Shown: positions 63,901-64,000 of the stretch, in pieces
Numbering within the stretch: the stretch's first letter is position 1
Layout: each line of letters starts with the position of its first letter
DNA from: Mobula hypostoma
Lineage: Eukaryota
Assembly (NCBI RefSeq): GCF_963921235.1
Contig: NC_086107.1
Location: forward strand, 95,668,001-95,732,000
Direction of reading: 5' to 3'
Length of the DNA: 64,000 bases
The notes under the pieces: model-generated
Told to the model about the DNA's origin: nothing
Databases searched by the model: none
Seen by the model: the letters and a program-made list of their open reading frames with translations, nothing else
Made by a program: the position numbers and the translations under genes

Positions 63901-64000
63901 AGCTGTTGGTGGACGTCAAAGGGCAGCTGAAGTTCCCCAACCATATCGCAGCCACCACCCTGCGACCAGACATTGTCCTAGTGTCTGAGTCGACTAAGCA
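60950..64000 (+). mobile_element. HERO-like (R2 group, RLE-bearing) non-LTR retrotransposon, runs off the window
   Basis: N-terminal Zn-finger relic ACGKICKNDRGLKIDQARMKC; ORF 61160 to about 62105, then a +1 frameshift into a frame open from 62106 to the window end: FRIISLLCVEGKIF, QKGG, WLDLANAYGSIPH, GIITGCTIS, AFMDD (FMDD 62649-62660), CPLCSKRGTLEHILSGC (63657-63707), LRPDIVL (RPD 63963-63971). Confidence 0.9.

Overview
Vertebrate genomic DNA, densely packed with repeats. The repeat landscape (CR1/HER1-like LINEs, HE1/V-SINE-like SINEs, Penelope elements) suggests a cartilaginous fish; this is inference. The only clear host coding sequence is the first coding exon of a canonical RAS gene (324-434, minus strand; probably HRAS). 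It has a uAUG-rich 5' UTR and a probable non-coding first exon with a CpG/CCAAT promoter about 19.5 kb upstream (19963-20150), next to a 1.2-kb G-rich minisatellite. The rest is nested mobile DNA: CR1, Rex1/Babar and RTE LINE fragments, three hAT elements with 8-bp TSDs, a mariner MITE, a Tigger-like fold-back element, 3-4 solo LTRs, Penelope elements, and a nearly intact HERO-like RLE retrotransposon running off the right edge. Most notable are two short non-coding retroposons (10605-11144 and 49062-49480) bounded by TSDs. They lack Pol III heads and begin at the predicted cleavage site of an HDV-like ribozyme fold. One has an unusual hairpin inserted in L3; in the other, the ribozyme core now reads as a near-consensus CTCF site. 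A minimal Penelope hammerhead ribozyme is also present. All folds were done by eye, and ends of degraded repeats are approximate.
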